Shown here piece by piece: positions 53,546 through 61,167 of a DNA stretch of 64,000 bases. The stretch comes from Dehalococcoidia bacterium (GTDB lineage Bacteria; Chloroflexota; Dehalococcoidia; Lucifugimonadales; Australimonadaceae). The notes under the pieces are model-generated. The model worked only from the letters and a program-made list of their open reading frames with translations, was not told the DNA's origin and did no database searches. The position numbers and the translations under genes were made by a program. Numbering within the stretch: position 1 is the stretch's first letter; each line of letters opens with the position of its first letter. The DNA lies in NCBI GenBank assembly GCA_965249185.1, contig CBDFLS010000001.1:445918-509917 (forward strand), read 5' to 3'.

Positions 53546-54207
53546 CGGGCAACTCCTGTCGCTTGGATATTCACGTCCTGGTCCACGAGCATGAACGGGT
53601 ACTTCCCCGTTGGGATCGGTATGAAAACCGCATAGGGGGCGGGCGGGTCATCGTTCGTTCGGAAGGTGATGGTGTAGACCACCGTTGCGGCCGTGGGCGC
53701 CGTGGTGGTGGCGTTGACCGCCGTGTCCCCATAACCGATCCGCACGGTGGTGGACGTGGCGGCCGCCGCCAACGGATGCCCTTGTAGGGACGTGATATAG
53801 AGGGTTTGGCCGGCGGGCACCACGTAGTCCGTGCCTTGGGGCGATTCGTAGGAGTCGTAGTAATCGGCGGTGACCGGCGAGGTGGAGTTGACCAGCGCGG
53901 TGACGCTGGGGAAGTCGCGTGTGGAGAGGCCCCCCACCTGCGCCGACGCCTGGAAACCGGCGAACACAAACACCGCCAGCACCACCGCCAGGCCGGCCCA
54001 GCTCGTCGGCAGGAAGCCTCGGACGCTCTTGCCCGTGATGAGCTGCCCCCAGTCGGCCATCATGGCGTCTATGAGCGCCACCAGCGTTACCAGCACCCCG
54101 CCGGCCAGCACCGCCAGCCCGAGGGGGGTATCGTTCAGCGCCGAGAAGCCGAAGATGGAGAGCCAGAGCCACGCCAGCAGCGCGGCCATGTGTGCGAGCG
54201 TGTTCAT
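53542..54207 (-). CDS. 3-TM membrane protein with beta-rich ectodomain
   Basis: 221 aa; overlapping ATGA-type junction with the lipoprotein gene. Confidence 0.55.
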   Translation of the reverse strand: MNTLAHMAALLAWLWLSIFGFSALNDTPLGLAVLAGGVLVTLVALIDAMMADWGQLITGKSVRGFLPTSWAGLAVVLAVFVFAGFQASAQVGGLSTRDFPSVTALVNSTSPVTADYYDSYESPQGTDYVVPAGQTLYITSLQGHPLAAAATSTTVRIGYGDTAVNATTTAPTAATVVYTITFRTNDDPPAPYAVFIPIPTGKYPFMLVDQDVNIQATGVAR

Positions 54208-54234
54208 TCGTCTGTCTCCTCCGTGAGCGCCTTA

Positions 54235-55317
54235 CTAAGCGGGAACGGGCGTTGCTTCCGTTGTGGGTTCTGCAAAGGTCTGCCCACCCTTCTTTACGAT
54301 GCGATAATTGTGCTGCTCCAAGACTCCCGCAAGCTCGCCGGCCGTCATGCCCGGCTCGAATAGCTGCGCCTCGGTCAAGGGCCGGCGGATGTTGAACGGC
54401 GTGGTCCTGCCGATCCACTGGGCCAGCACGTCATCCGCGTTCTGGGGCACGCTGGCCGTTGGGATCACAATGCCCGCCTCGACGCCTGAATAGTCATCGT
54501 CGAAGCGGCGTATGAGCTTGCCGGTGTGCCCCTTGACCGCCCACTCGTTGATCACCTGGGCGAACCGCTGCTCCTGGTCCTGGTACGTGGGCGGGATGTA
54601 CTCGTATCGGTCGTAGAGCCCGAAAACAGTGTTGACGTTCAGCAACTCCAGTGTCCAGTCCGCCTCCCAGAAGGGCGGTGGCCACGTCTTGCGCCAGAAG
54701 TTGCCGGTGACCTGCCCCCAGTAATCGTGAACGTAGAGCATGCACGAGCGGTTGTCCGGCTGGAGGTCGCACTCTATGAAATAGTCCACCTGGATGAGCA
54801 GTTGATAGTCCACCACCTGGGGAAACTGCGTCGTGAGCAGCACGTCCAGGCGTTGCTTCCGTAGCTGCGTAAGGTACTGGGAGAGCCCGACGTTATAGCG
54901 GCTCATGGACCGGCGGGACGAGGCGAACGACTGAATCTCGTCGATGCACATCAACCCATCCTTCACCTGCCCCATGTACCGGGGGTCCGTCACGGCGTCG
55001 AGTATGAAGGGGTCGGCGAAGTCGGCGATCTCGTTCCAGTAATTCGTGTAGATGCTCAGGCGCTTTTGGGATTTGGCGTATCGCGCCTTCATGATCTTGG
55101 AGAGCACCGTCAGCGTGAGTGTTTTGCCACGCCCGCGCCTGGCGAACATGAGCCCCACCGTTGGCGATCCGCCGCCGCCCTGCGCCCCCAGTTCCTCGGG
55201 GCGCCAGAGCGCCTTCACTGGATCGTCGGTGCCGGTTGCAAGGCTGGGCGGCCTGCTCGTATGGAACCGGGACATCATCGCGGCGCCCGTTGGCATCCGG
55301 CTCAGGGCCGTGCTCAT
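54235..55317 (-). CDS. Zot/pI-like P-loop morphogenesis ATPase
   Basis: Walker A ARRGRGKT, Walker B LMCIDEIQ, then LRKQRLDVLLTTQ, resembling the hRHxGxDhhhhTQ block of Zot-family ATPases. Confidence 0.6.
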   Translation of the reverse strand: MSTALSRMPTGAAMMSRFHTSRPPSLATGTDDPVKALWRPEELGAQGGGGSPTVGLMFARRGRGKTLTLTVLSKIMKARYAKSQKRLSIYTNYWNEIADFADPFILDAVTDPRYMGQVKDGLMCIDEIQSFASSRRSMSRYNVGLSQYLTQLRKQRLDVLLTTQFPQVVDYQLLIQVDYFIECDLQPDNRSCMLYVHDYWGQVTGNFWRKTWPPPFWEADWTLELLNVNTVFGLYDRYEYIPPTYQDQEQRFAQVINEWAVKGHTGKLIRRFDDDYSGVEAGIVIPTASVPQNADDVLAQWIGRTTPFNIRRPLTEAQLFEPGMTAGELAGVLEQHNYRIVKKGGQTFAEPTTEATPVPA

Positions 55318-55781
55318 TCGGGGTTCCCCGGCCTGTTCGTCGGAGGCGGTGCCTGCGCCCGCACCCTATCGGACGCCGGGGTGCTCACGCGGCCAGACAT
55401 GGCGAACTTCCGCGCCTCCCCGATGGCCACGGAGATCACCTGTTCGCGGCCAACCCCGCCGACGCTGTTTAGGACGGTGGCCTGGAAGTGCATGGACCGG
55501 AGCAGATCAACGTGCCCAGTCAACAGCCGTTGCTCGCTATTGAATATGCGGGTCCACCGCTGCGCCTTCGCCTCGTTGATATTCGTGCGCCCGCCCCAGT
55601 GGCCAATGTCCTCCGGCATCTCGGCGAGCTCGCGGCCCGGGTTCCACGAGGAGCCCGCCGGCCGCATGAATATCTCCTCTGTGGTGGGGATGCTTCCCCG
55701 CTGCTCGTCCTCTTTTGTGCTTACCACCACCTCGGGCTCTGGTGGCTGCTCTACAGTCTCTGCCTTGGCCTTTGCTGTCAT
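55314..55781 (-). CDS. hypothetical protein
   Basis: 155-aa ORF, operonic overlap with the ATPase gene. Confidence 0.45.
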   Translation of the reverse strand: MTAKAKAETVEQPPEPEVVVSTKEDEQRGSIPTTEEIFMRPAGSSWNPGRELAEMPEDIGHWGGRTNINEAKAQRWTRIFNSEQRLLTGHVDLLRSMHFQATVLNSVGGVGREQVISVAIGEARKFAMSGRVSTPASDRVRAQAPPPTNRPGNPE

Positions 55782-55783
55782 CG

Positions 55784-56509
55784 TTACCTCCCAGTCAGGG
55801 CGATGATGATAAAGAAGCCGATGCCGATGATGCTGAAGATGGCCATGAGGGGAATGCCGATGTCGAGCAGCGTGTCACGGAACGACTTGGGCAGCCGGTT
55901 CTCCTCGCGCCAGTCGCGTTGCTTCATCCATAGGTACAGGTGGTCCGAGCGATAAACCATCGGGGCGCTCGCCTCCGCGTTGGCCTGGTGCTCCTCCAGC
56001 TCCACGTAATCGGCGAGCAGGGGCTGTACCGAAACCGGCTCCAGGTGCGTCACCCCGTCCTCTATCCAGCGTCGGAATACCCATATGGGTTGGGGCTTGA
56101 ATCGGCCTCCGAATAGCCAGCCCAGAGCGGCGAGCGGGAGAGTCCCGACGGGCACGGCGGCGGCGGGAATAACCACGCTCCAGACCCAGGAGTTGTACCA
56201 CCAGAAGATCATGCTGCCCAGGATCGTGCCAATCAGACCTCCGATGAGGGCGGAGAAGATGCGCTTGGTGTTGTACGACGTGGGGCCGTACATCCCCCGG
56301 GTGGCCGTGGCCTTCAGCAGTTCGTCCCTGGGCACCGACGCTATCCATGTGTGCGGATGGTCCACGATGTAGACGGTATCTCGGATGACCTTCGGTGGCT
56401 TCGCCCGCCTCTCTTGTCCCGCCCTCCGTGTGAACCAGCCGCGGAGATTAGCCCTTAGCGCTTGTAGAAGCCCCGCCGAAGTGAGCCTGAGTCGTAGGGT
56501 GCGCTGCAT
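55784..56509 (-). CDS. 3-TM membrane protein
   Basis: 241 aa; hydrophobic helices at about residues 95-140 and the C-terminus. Confidence 0.5.
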   Translation of the reverse strand: MQRTLRLRLTSAGLLQALRANLRGWFTRRAGQERRAKPPKVIRDTVYIVDHPHTWIASVPRDELLKATATRGMYGPTSYNTKRIFSALIGGLIGTILGSMIFWWYNSWVWSVVIPAAAVPVGTLPLAALGWLFGGRFKPQPIWVFRRWIEDGVTHLEPVSVQPLLADYVELEEHQANAEASAPMVYRSDHLYLWMKQRDWREENRLPKSFRDTLLDIGIPLMAIFSIIGIGFFIIIALTGR

Positions 56510-56518
56510 CCGTTTCCC

Positions 56519-57010
56519 CTATCCTGCCGCCGGGCCGCCGCCCAGCCCCGACGTGATGAGAATAAAGCCGATGATGCCCAGGCCGACCATCGCGGCGATC
56601 ATCAGGGCGTTGAACCACATTCGGGTCGTCTCGGTGCGCTGCGTCGCCTCGGCGGCGCCCAGGTCCACATCGGCGAGCGTCACCTGGTGGGCCACCTTCA
56701 CTTCGAGTTGCGTCAAGGCCGGCTGCGCGGGGCCCTCGGGCATCATCGGGACTATCGTGTTGTCCTCGATGACGACGACCCGCCGGGACGAGGTTAAGTC
56801 CTCGTATGGCACTGGAGCCAGATCATATGAGGCCAGGTCGGCCACCGAGTCCACCAGGACGGGCTTGTTCGGTGCGAAAACGCGGTTCCTGGAGATGGTG
56901 TGGGCCTGGCGGTCGTGGTGGTTCTCCACCCACTTGTCCCTGATCTTCCCATTCCGAAACCGGAACCGCCCGCTTATATCAACGTACACGAGCTGTACTG
57001 ATTGTCCCAT
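56519..57010 (-). CDS. C-terminally anchored protein
   Basis: Start reassigned to the ATG at 57010 (AAAGGAAGC RBS): MGQSVQLVYVDISGRF...; C-terminal TM MWFNALMIAAMVGLGIIGFILI. Confidence 0.5.
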   Translation of the reverse strand: MGQSVQLVYVDISGRFRFRNGKIRDKWVENHHDRQAHTISRNRVFAPNKPVLVDSVADLASYDLAPVPYEDLTSSRRVVVIEDNTIVPMMPEGPAQPALTQLEVKVAHQVTLADVDLGAAEATQRTETTRMWFNALMIAAMVGLGIIGFILITSGLGGGPAAG

Positions 57011-57410
57011 GCTTCCTTTCCTTTTCGGCGCCAATCCGCCGCTCGACTTCGGCCTCCCATGCCGGCCAGTAAGCCTTCCCATTGAAGTTGATGATGTCCA
57101 GCTTCCCCGCTGTGTGAAGGACGAGTAGGTGGAGCACCCTGACCATATAGGCCTGGGATGGCCTGGAATCACCTGACAGCCACCTATAGATGGTAGAAAA
57201 CTGGGGCAAGGACAGAAACTTTGCGAATTGATAGGTGGATAGGCCGATCAGGTCTCGAATGGTGACGAGGGTATGGGTCGAGATGGCATGGGAGGCGTAC
57301 TTAGACGCCTGGAGCTGTCCATTGACGACCCGGTGCCAACTCCCGGCTCCGGCAGGCGCCGAGTCCGGGAACACGGCGACAGTCCGCTCCGTCAACGCCT
57401 CATTCGACAT
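56979..57410 (-). CDS. XRE-type HTH regulator
   Basis: LIGLSTYQFAKFLSLPQFSTIYRWLSGDSRPS helix-turn-helix; first gene of the minus-strand operon. Confidence 0.6.
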   Translation of the reverse strand: MSNEALTERTVAVFPDSAPAGAGSWHRVVNGQLQASKYASHAISTHTLVTIRDLIGLSTYQFAKFLSLPQFSTIYRWLSGDSRPSQAYMVRVLHLLVLHTAGKLDIINFNGKAYWPAWEAEVERRIGAEKERKHGTISTARVR

Positions 57411-57442
57411 ATGCTTGTCCGCTTCTATTGTATGACTGCCTA

Positions 57443-57488
57443 GTCACCACTTGGACTATACAACTGTTTGGTGACCGGCTCTTATAAT
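57443..57488. promoter_or_regulatory. divergent control region: 7-bp inverted repeat plus TATAAT
   Basis: GTCACCA (57443-49) / TGGTGAC (57469-75) separated by 19 nt, then TATAAT at 57483-88, within an AT-rich 136-bp intergenic gap. Confidence 0.4.
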
Positions 57489-57546
57489 ACAAAGGGGTAA
57501 TCGAAATGCACAACATATAGCGCATACAAGACAGTCTTGTCCGCCA

Positions 57547-57798
57547 GTGGTAGTGGTGGCTACTATCGCTCGCATGGGCGCAGGTCACCTCACAGCAGCC
57601 CTTGGTCTGGTCCTCGCGATAGTGGCGGGGCTGCTCATCGTCACCTCGGTATCGAGTCTCCAGACGATGGGGGAGGCCGAGGCCGGGGCTATCGGCACGT
57701 TTTTCACCCACCTCACACCCATCTTCGTCTACATGGTCAGTGGCGTTCTCGCCTGCGGGACGCTCATCGCCACGGTGCTGCTGGTGACGCGCCGGTGA
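57547..57798 (+). CDS. small 2-TM protein, coat-protein-like, basic C-terminus
   Basis: 83 aa (start uncertain); ...LVLAIVAGLLIV...IFVYMVSGVLACGTLIATVLLVTRR. Confidence 0.5.
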   Translation: MVVVATIARMGAGHLTAALGLVLAIVAGLLIVTSVSSLQTMGEAEAGAIGTFFTHLTPIFVYMVSGVLACGTLIATVLLVTRR

Positions 57799-57877
57799 AC
57801 AGGACACATAGGGGTCGTCGTGGAGTGATCACCCACAGAACCCCCAATCTTGGTGTAGGAAGGAGGCAACACCTTTT

Positions 57878-58138
57878 ATGGGATCAATTAAGAACAGCAT
57901 CATGGTCATCATCGCGGGGGTCATCACCTTTGTGGTGGGCCTGAGCCTGGCGAGCACCGTGCTCTCGCAGGCGGCTACTGCTGGGTCCGCAGCGACCATC
58001 GGGTCGTTTAGCGGAGCGCAGAGCTTGAACGACCTCACGCCGCTGCTGTACTACGCGATCATCATCTTCCTGGGGGTTTCGATGATGGCCGTGGGAGGCG
58101 CCGGTGTCAGCGGGAAAGGCCCCATGTCCAAGCGGTAA
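57878..58138 (+). CDS. small 2-TM protein with inovirus-major-coat-like architecture
   Basis: AGGAGG RBS; N-terminal hydrophobic segment, Ala/Ser/Thr/Gly-rich middle, second TM, basic tail GKGPMSKR. Confidence 0.55.
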   Translation: MGSIKNSIMVIIAGVITFVVGLSLASTVLSQAATAGSAATIGSFSGAQSLNDLTPLLYYAIIIFLGVSMMAVGGAGVSGKGPMSKR

Positions 58139-58256
58139 TCGGCCCATCGGGGCATGAGGGGCGTCGGACGGGCTTACCCGGCGCTCCCTCATGCCCCATC
58201 TTGGAAATGGCGGAGGCGGGGGAAAAATCCACATACCGCTGAATAGGGGGTAGAAG

Positions 58257-58358
58257 GTGCCAATTCGAAGGGTCAGAGTCAAGGCGGGTCACGGCCACAA
58301 GGCTTACACCCGTCGCGTGAGGGTGAAGGCAAAGCGGGCGACCAAGCGCCGCCGCTAG
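58257..58358 (+). CDS. 33-aa highly basic micro-protein
   Basis: (M)PIRRVRVKAGHGHKAYTRRVRVKAKRATKRRR; GGGGG box upstream; ends 9 nt before the next gene. Confidence 0.35.
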   Translation: MPIRRVRVKAGHGHKAYTRRVRVKAKRATKRRR

Positions 58359-58367
58359 AGGTGTCAT

Positions 58368-59870
58368 ATGCCGTTCCCGGCCCGATTCAGACTGACGCCA
58401 ATCTCCGTGCTCGCGCTCATCGCCCTGGGCCTCGTGGCGTTCCGGCTCGCCCTGTCCCTGGGCTTCGACGGGTATCTCGGCGTTGATGGTGGCGCCTATC
58501 TCCTGGGCCGCAACGCGGTACTGGGGGATGAGCCCACCGGAGCCGGGTTCCCGAGGCCCCCATTCGCACCCGGATGGCTCCTGGTGCCGTTCACGAGTGC
58601 CTGGGGCGATGACGTGGGCTATAAGGTGTGGGCGTCGGTCTTTTCATCCGTTCCTATCCTCTTTGGCTCGTTTCTGCTCGCCACGCGCTTCCTCCGTCCG
58701 TGGATCGCGGTGGCGATGTGCGGCTTCCTGGCCTTCGATCTCCTCCACGCTGAGATGTTCGTCACTGGCGGTCTCCCGCTGGTGGCCTTCGGCCTGATAG
58801 CCGTGGCTCTGTGGGCAGTGGTGGGGCTGGCGGAGCATGGCTGGCGGAGGCGCGAGGCACTGACGCTGGCCGTCGCTCTTCCATCGGTCGCGTACGTGAA
58901 TCAGACCAGCGCGGGCATCGCCGCAATAGCAATCCCCGCCCTGGTGCTCTTCTTGGTGCTCTGTGGCACCCCCGCCATACCGCTCTTGAAGCGCTTGGCG
59001 CTTCCCATCGGAGCTGGCGGCCTTCTGGCGCTGACGGCGCTGCCGTGGTATCTCTCCGTCGCCCCCGGCTCCTCGATACTCAGCTACCCAGGCCCGGTGG
59101 TCTACCTGAGCGGCTGGGGGTCCAGTGTGTGGCTCCAGTTCCTCATCGCCGTCCCGCTGGGAATCTTCGTATGGATGAAGGCCCCCAGGCCCGCCCTACG
59201 AGCGATTGGCGGCCTCGCCGTGCTCCACGGGACGCTCCTGTTGTTCCTGAGCGCTGATGAGACGGTCATCAACATCTTCTATCGCAGCCGGTACTTCGTC
59301 GCCATCCCGCTCTACATCTCGGCCGCGTGGGCCCTCTCCACCTACGCGCCCCGGTATTTCAGCCGGCGCGTGACCTACCCGCTGGGGGCGTACCTGCTCT
59401 CGTTCCTGATCATCGGGTCCATCTTCCAGTTCTATAACCAGTCGCGCTACTCGACGTTCATCACGCCCGACATGGTGCGGACCATCGAGCACCTGGAGGC
59501 CGGGGCCCCGGCTGGGCACGTCATCACCAATAACTTCTCGCAGGCGCTTTGGGTGGCGGGGCTGACCCGCCTGCCGGTCCACTACACATTCACCTGGGAG
59601 CCGCCGAGGGCGTTCACCGAGTCGGACAAGGACGTGCGCTGCGTTCTGGGCTGGGTTCCCGAGTGCGACGTTGCGGGGGCGGCGGGCAGGCTCGACGCCT
59701 CTTACGTCCTGATAGACACACGCTGGCCGTTGCCGTTCGGCAAGAGCTGGACCATCTACGGGGCGCCCTACGAGGAGCCGGAGCGCATCTGGGCGCTGAC
59801 GGCGGCGGCGCCGTGGCTGACGCCTGAGTATTCGGCGGGCTCCGTCCGCCTATGGAGGGTGAAGCTATGA
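58368..59870 (+). CDS. polytopic GT-C-fold-like glycosyltransferase (ArnT/PMT-like)
   Basis: 500 aa, about 11 TM segments, then a soluble C-terminal domain; family assignment by architecture only. Confidence 0.45.
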   Translation: MPFPARFRLTPISVLALIALGLVAFRLALSLGFDGYLGVDGGAYLLGRNAVLGDEPTGAGFPRPPFAPGWLLVPFTSAWGDDVGYKVWASVFSSVPILFGSFLLATRFLRPWIAVAMCGFLAFDLLHAEMFVTGGLPLVAFGLIAVALWAVVGLAEHGWRRREALTLAVALPSVAYVNQTSAGIAAIAIPALVLFLVLCGTPAIPLLKRLALPIGAGGLLALTALPWYLSVAPGSSILSYPGPVVYLSGWGSSVWLQFLIAVPLGIFVWMKAPRPALRAIGGLAVLHGTLLLFLSADETVINIFYRSRYFVAIPLYISAAWALSTYAPRYFSRRVTYPLGAYLLSFLIIGSIFQFYNQSRYSTFITPDMVRTIEHLEAGAPAGHVITNNFSQALWVAGLTRLPVHYTFTWEPPRAFTESDKDVRCVLGWVPECDVAGAAGRLDASYVLIDTRWPLPFGKSWTIYGAPYEEPERIWALTAAAPWLTPEYSAGSVRLWRVKL

Positions 59871-60082
59871 GACCTCAGTCTATAAAGAAGCGCCCCAGGC
59901 CGTCCGACTCCCGCGCGAGTCAGCGGGCGAAGCGGCCGGACAGGCGCTTGAAGGCTCGCATCCGGCGGCCCCGCGAGCGCCGAATGCACGACGAGTGGGA
60001 GCGTGTGTTCCGTGCCGGGATGGGGGCCACGGTGGTGATCATCGGTGGGAAGGCGCTGGCGAACGCCGCTAGCAAAGCATGA
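59867..60082 (+). CDS. 71-aa protein: Arg/Lys-rich N-terminus plus hydrophobic C-terminus
   Basis: ATGA overlaps at both ends; MRPQSIKKRPRPSDSRASQRAKRPDRRLKARIRRPRERR...GATVVIIGGKALA. Confidence 0.45.
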   Translation: MRPQSIKKRPRPSDSRASQRAKRPDRRLKARIRRPRERRMHDEWERVFRAGMGATVVIIGGKALANAASKA

Positions 60083-61167
60083 CAACCCTATCTTCCCGCT
60101 TGCCACTCCGCCTGCGCCTTGGGAGCACGGCCACGATGCGCCTGCTCTCACGCATTGTGCTGGGCGGCGCGATCAGCACTTCCTTTTTCGTTCCGCACTA
60201 CGCCCATTGGATGTTCGGCCTCTCCATCGGACTGCTGGCGCTCTCCATCGCCATCGGCGAGCCAAGGATGCCGCGCCGTGCCCCTCTGGTAGCCGTGGGA
60301 GTGATTACGGTGAGCATGGTGGCGGCGGTGCCCCTGAGCATCATCAACGGCGGCTTCTGGCCGGGCACAACGATCCTGGCCTTCTGGATGGTGCTCATGG
60401 CGGGTCTGTTCGCCGGGCCCGTCTCCTCCAGCATCCTGCCGATGCTCGTTTCTGCCTCGCTGGTCCAGGCGGCGGCCACAATCGCCCAGGGGCTCATCCA
60501 CCACGGGCAGGGGCTCCGTCAGTACGGGTTGATGAGCAACCCGAACCCCGCCGCCGGGCTCATGGCGGTGGGCGCCATCTACCTATTGACCACGAAGCGT
60601 TACCGCCCACTGGCCATCCCGCTACTGGTGGCGCTTCCTCTCAGCGGGTCCCGATGGGGCGTGGCGGTGGCCAGCGTGGTCCTGGTGGCGATGCTCGTGG
60701 CTCGCGCGGTTCCATGGAAGGCGTGGGTGGCCATCTTGGGGTGCAGCGTAGTACTCACCGTCCCATTCTGGGCGGACCTCGGCCACTCGTTACTGGGCAG
60801 GGGCACCGGCAGCGCCGAGCTGGGGGCTATCGCGGCGGTGGAGGCAGAGGCATTCACCCGCCTGTCCTCTAACGTCGCGCCCCAGCCGCTCCCCCGGGGC
60901 ATCTCGTATCAGTACGGCGCCCATTCAGCGCCCGTTCGGGTCGGCATTGAGGGCGGGATACTCTCGGCGCTGGCCTGGCTTTTCCTCTCCGGGTATGCCA
61001 TCTGGCGCGGGCATGGGGCCGTGCGCTGGCTCGCAATCGCGCTTTTGGGGCTCTCAATGCTCGACTACTACACCTGGCAGCCCTATCAGCTCTCGATGGT
61101 CTGGTGGCTCGTCATAGGCATCTCAGCGCGTAAGAATCGGAACATGGAGGCCCGTCATGGATCGTAG
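60079..61167 (+). CDS. O-antigen-ligase/Wzy_C-domain membrane protein (PglL/PilO-like candidate)
   Basis: GLMSNPNPAAGLMAVGAIYLL, LPLSGSRWGVAVASVVLV, AHSAPVRVGIEGGILSALAWLFL resemble Wzy_C blocks; about 10 TM segments. Confidence 0.55.
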   Translation: MTTLSSRLPLRLRLGSTATMRLLSRIVLGGAISTSFFVPHYAHWMFGLSIGLLALSIAIGEPRMPRRAPLVAVGVITVSMVAAVPLSIINGGFWPGTTILAFWMVLMAGLFAGPVSSSILPMLVSASLVQAAATIAQGLIHHGQGLRQYGLMSNPNPAAGLMAVGAIYLLTTKRYRPLAIPLLVALPLSGSRWGVAVASVVLVAMLVARAVPWKAWVAILGCSVVLTVPFWADLGHSLLGRGTGSAELGAIAAVEAEAFTRLSSNVAPQPLPRGISYQYGAHSAPVRVGIEGGILSALAWLFLSGYAIWRGHGAVRWLAIALLGLSMLDYYTWQPYQLSMVWWLVIGISARKNRNMEARHGS

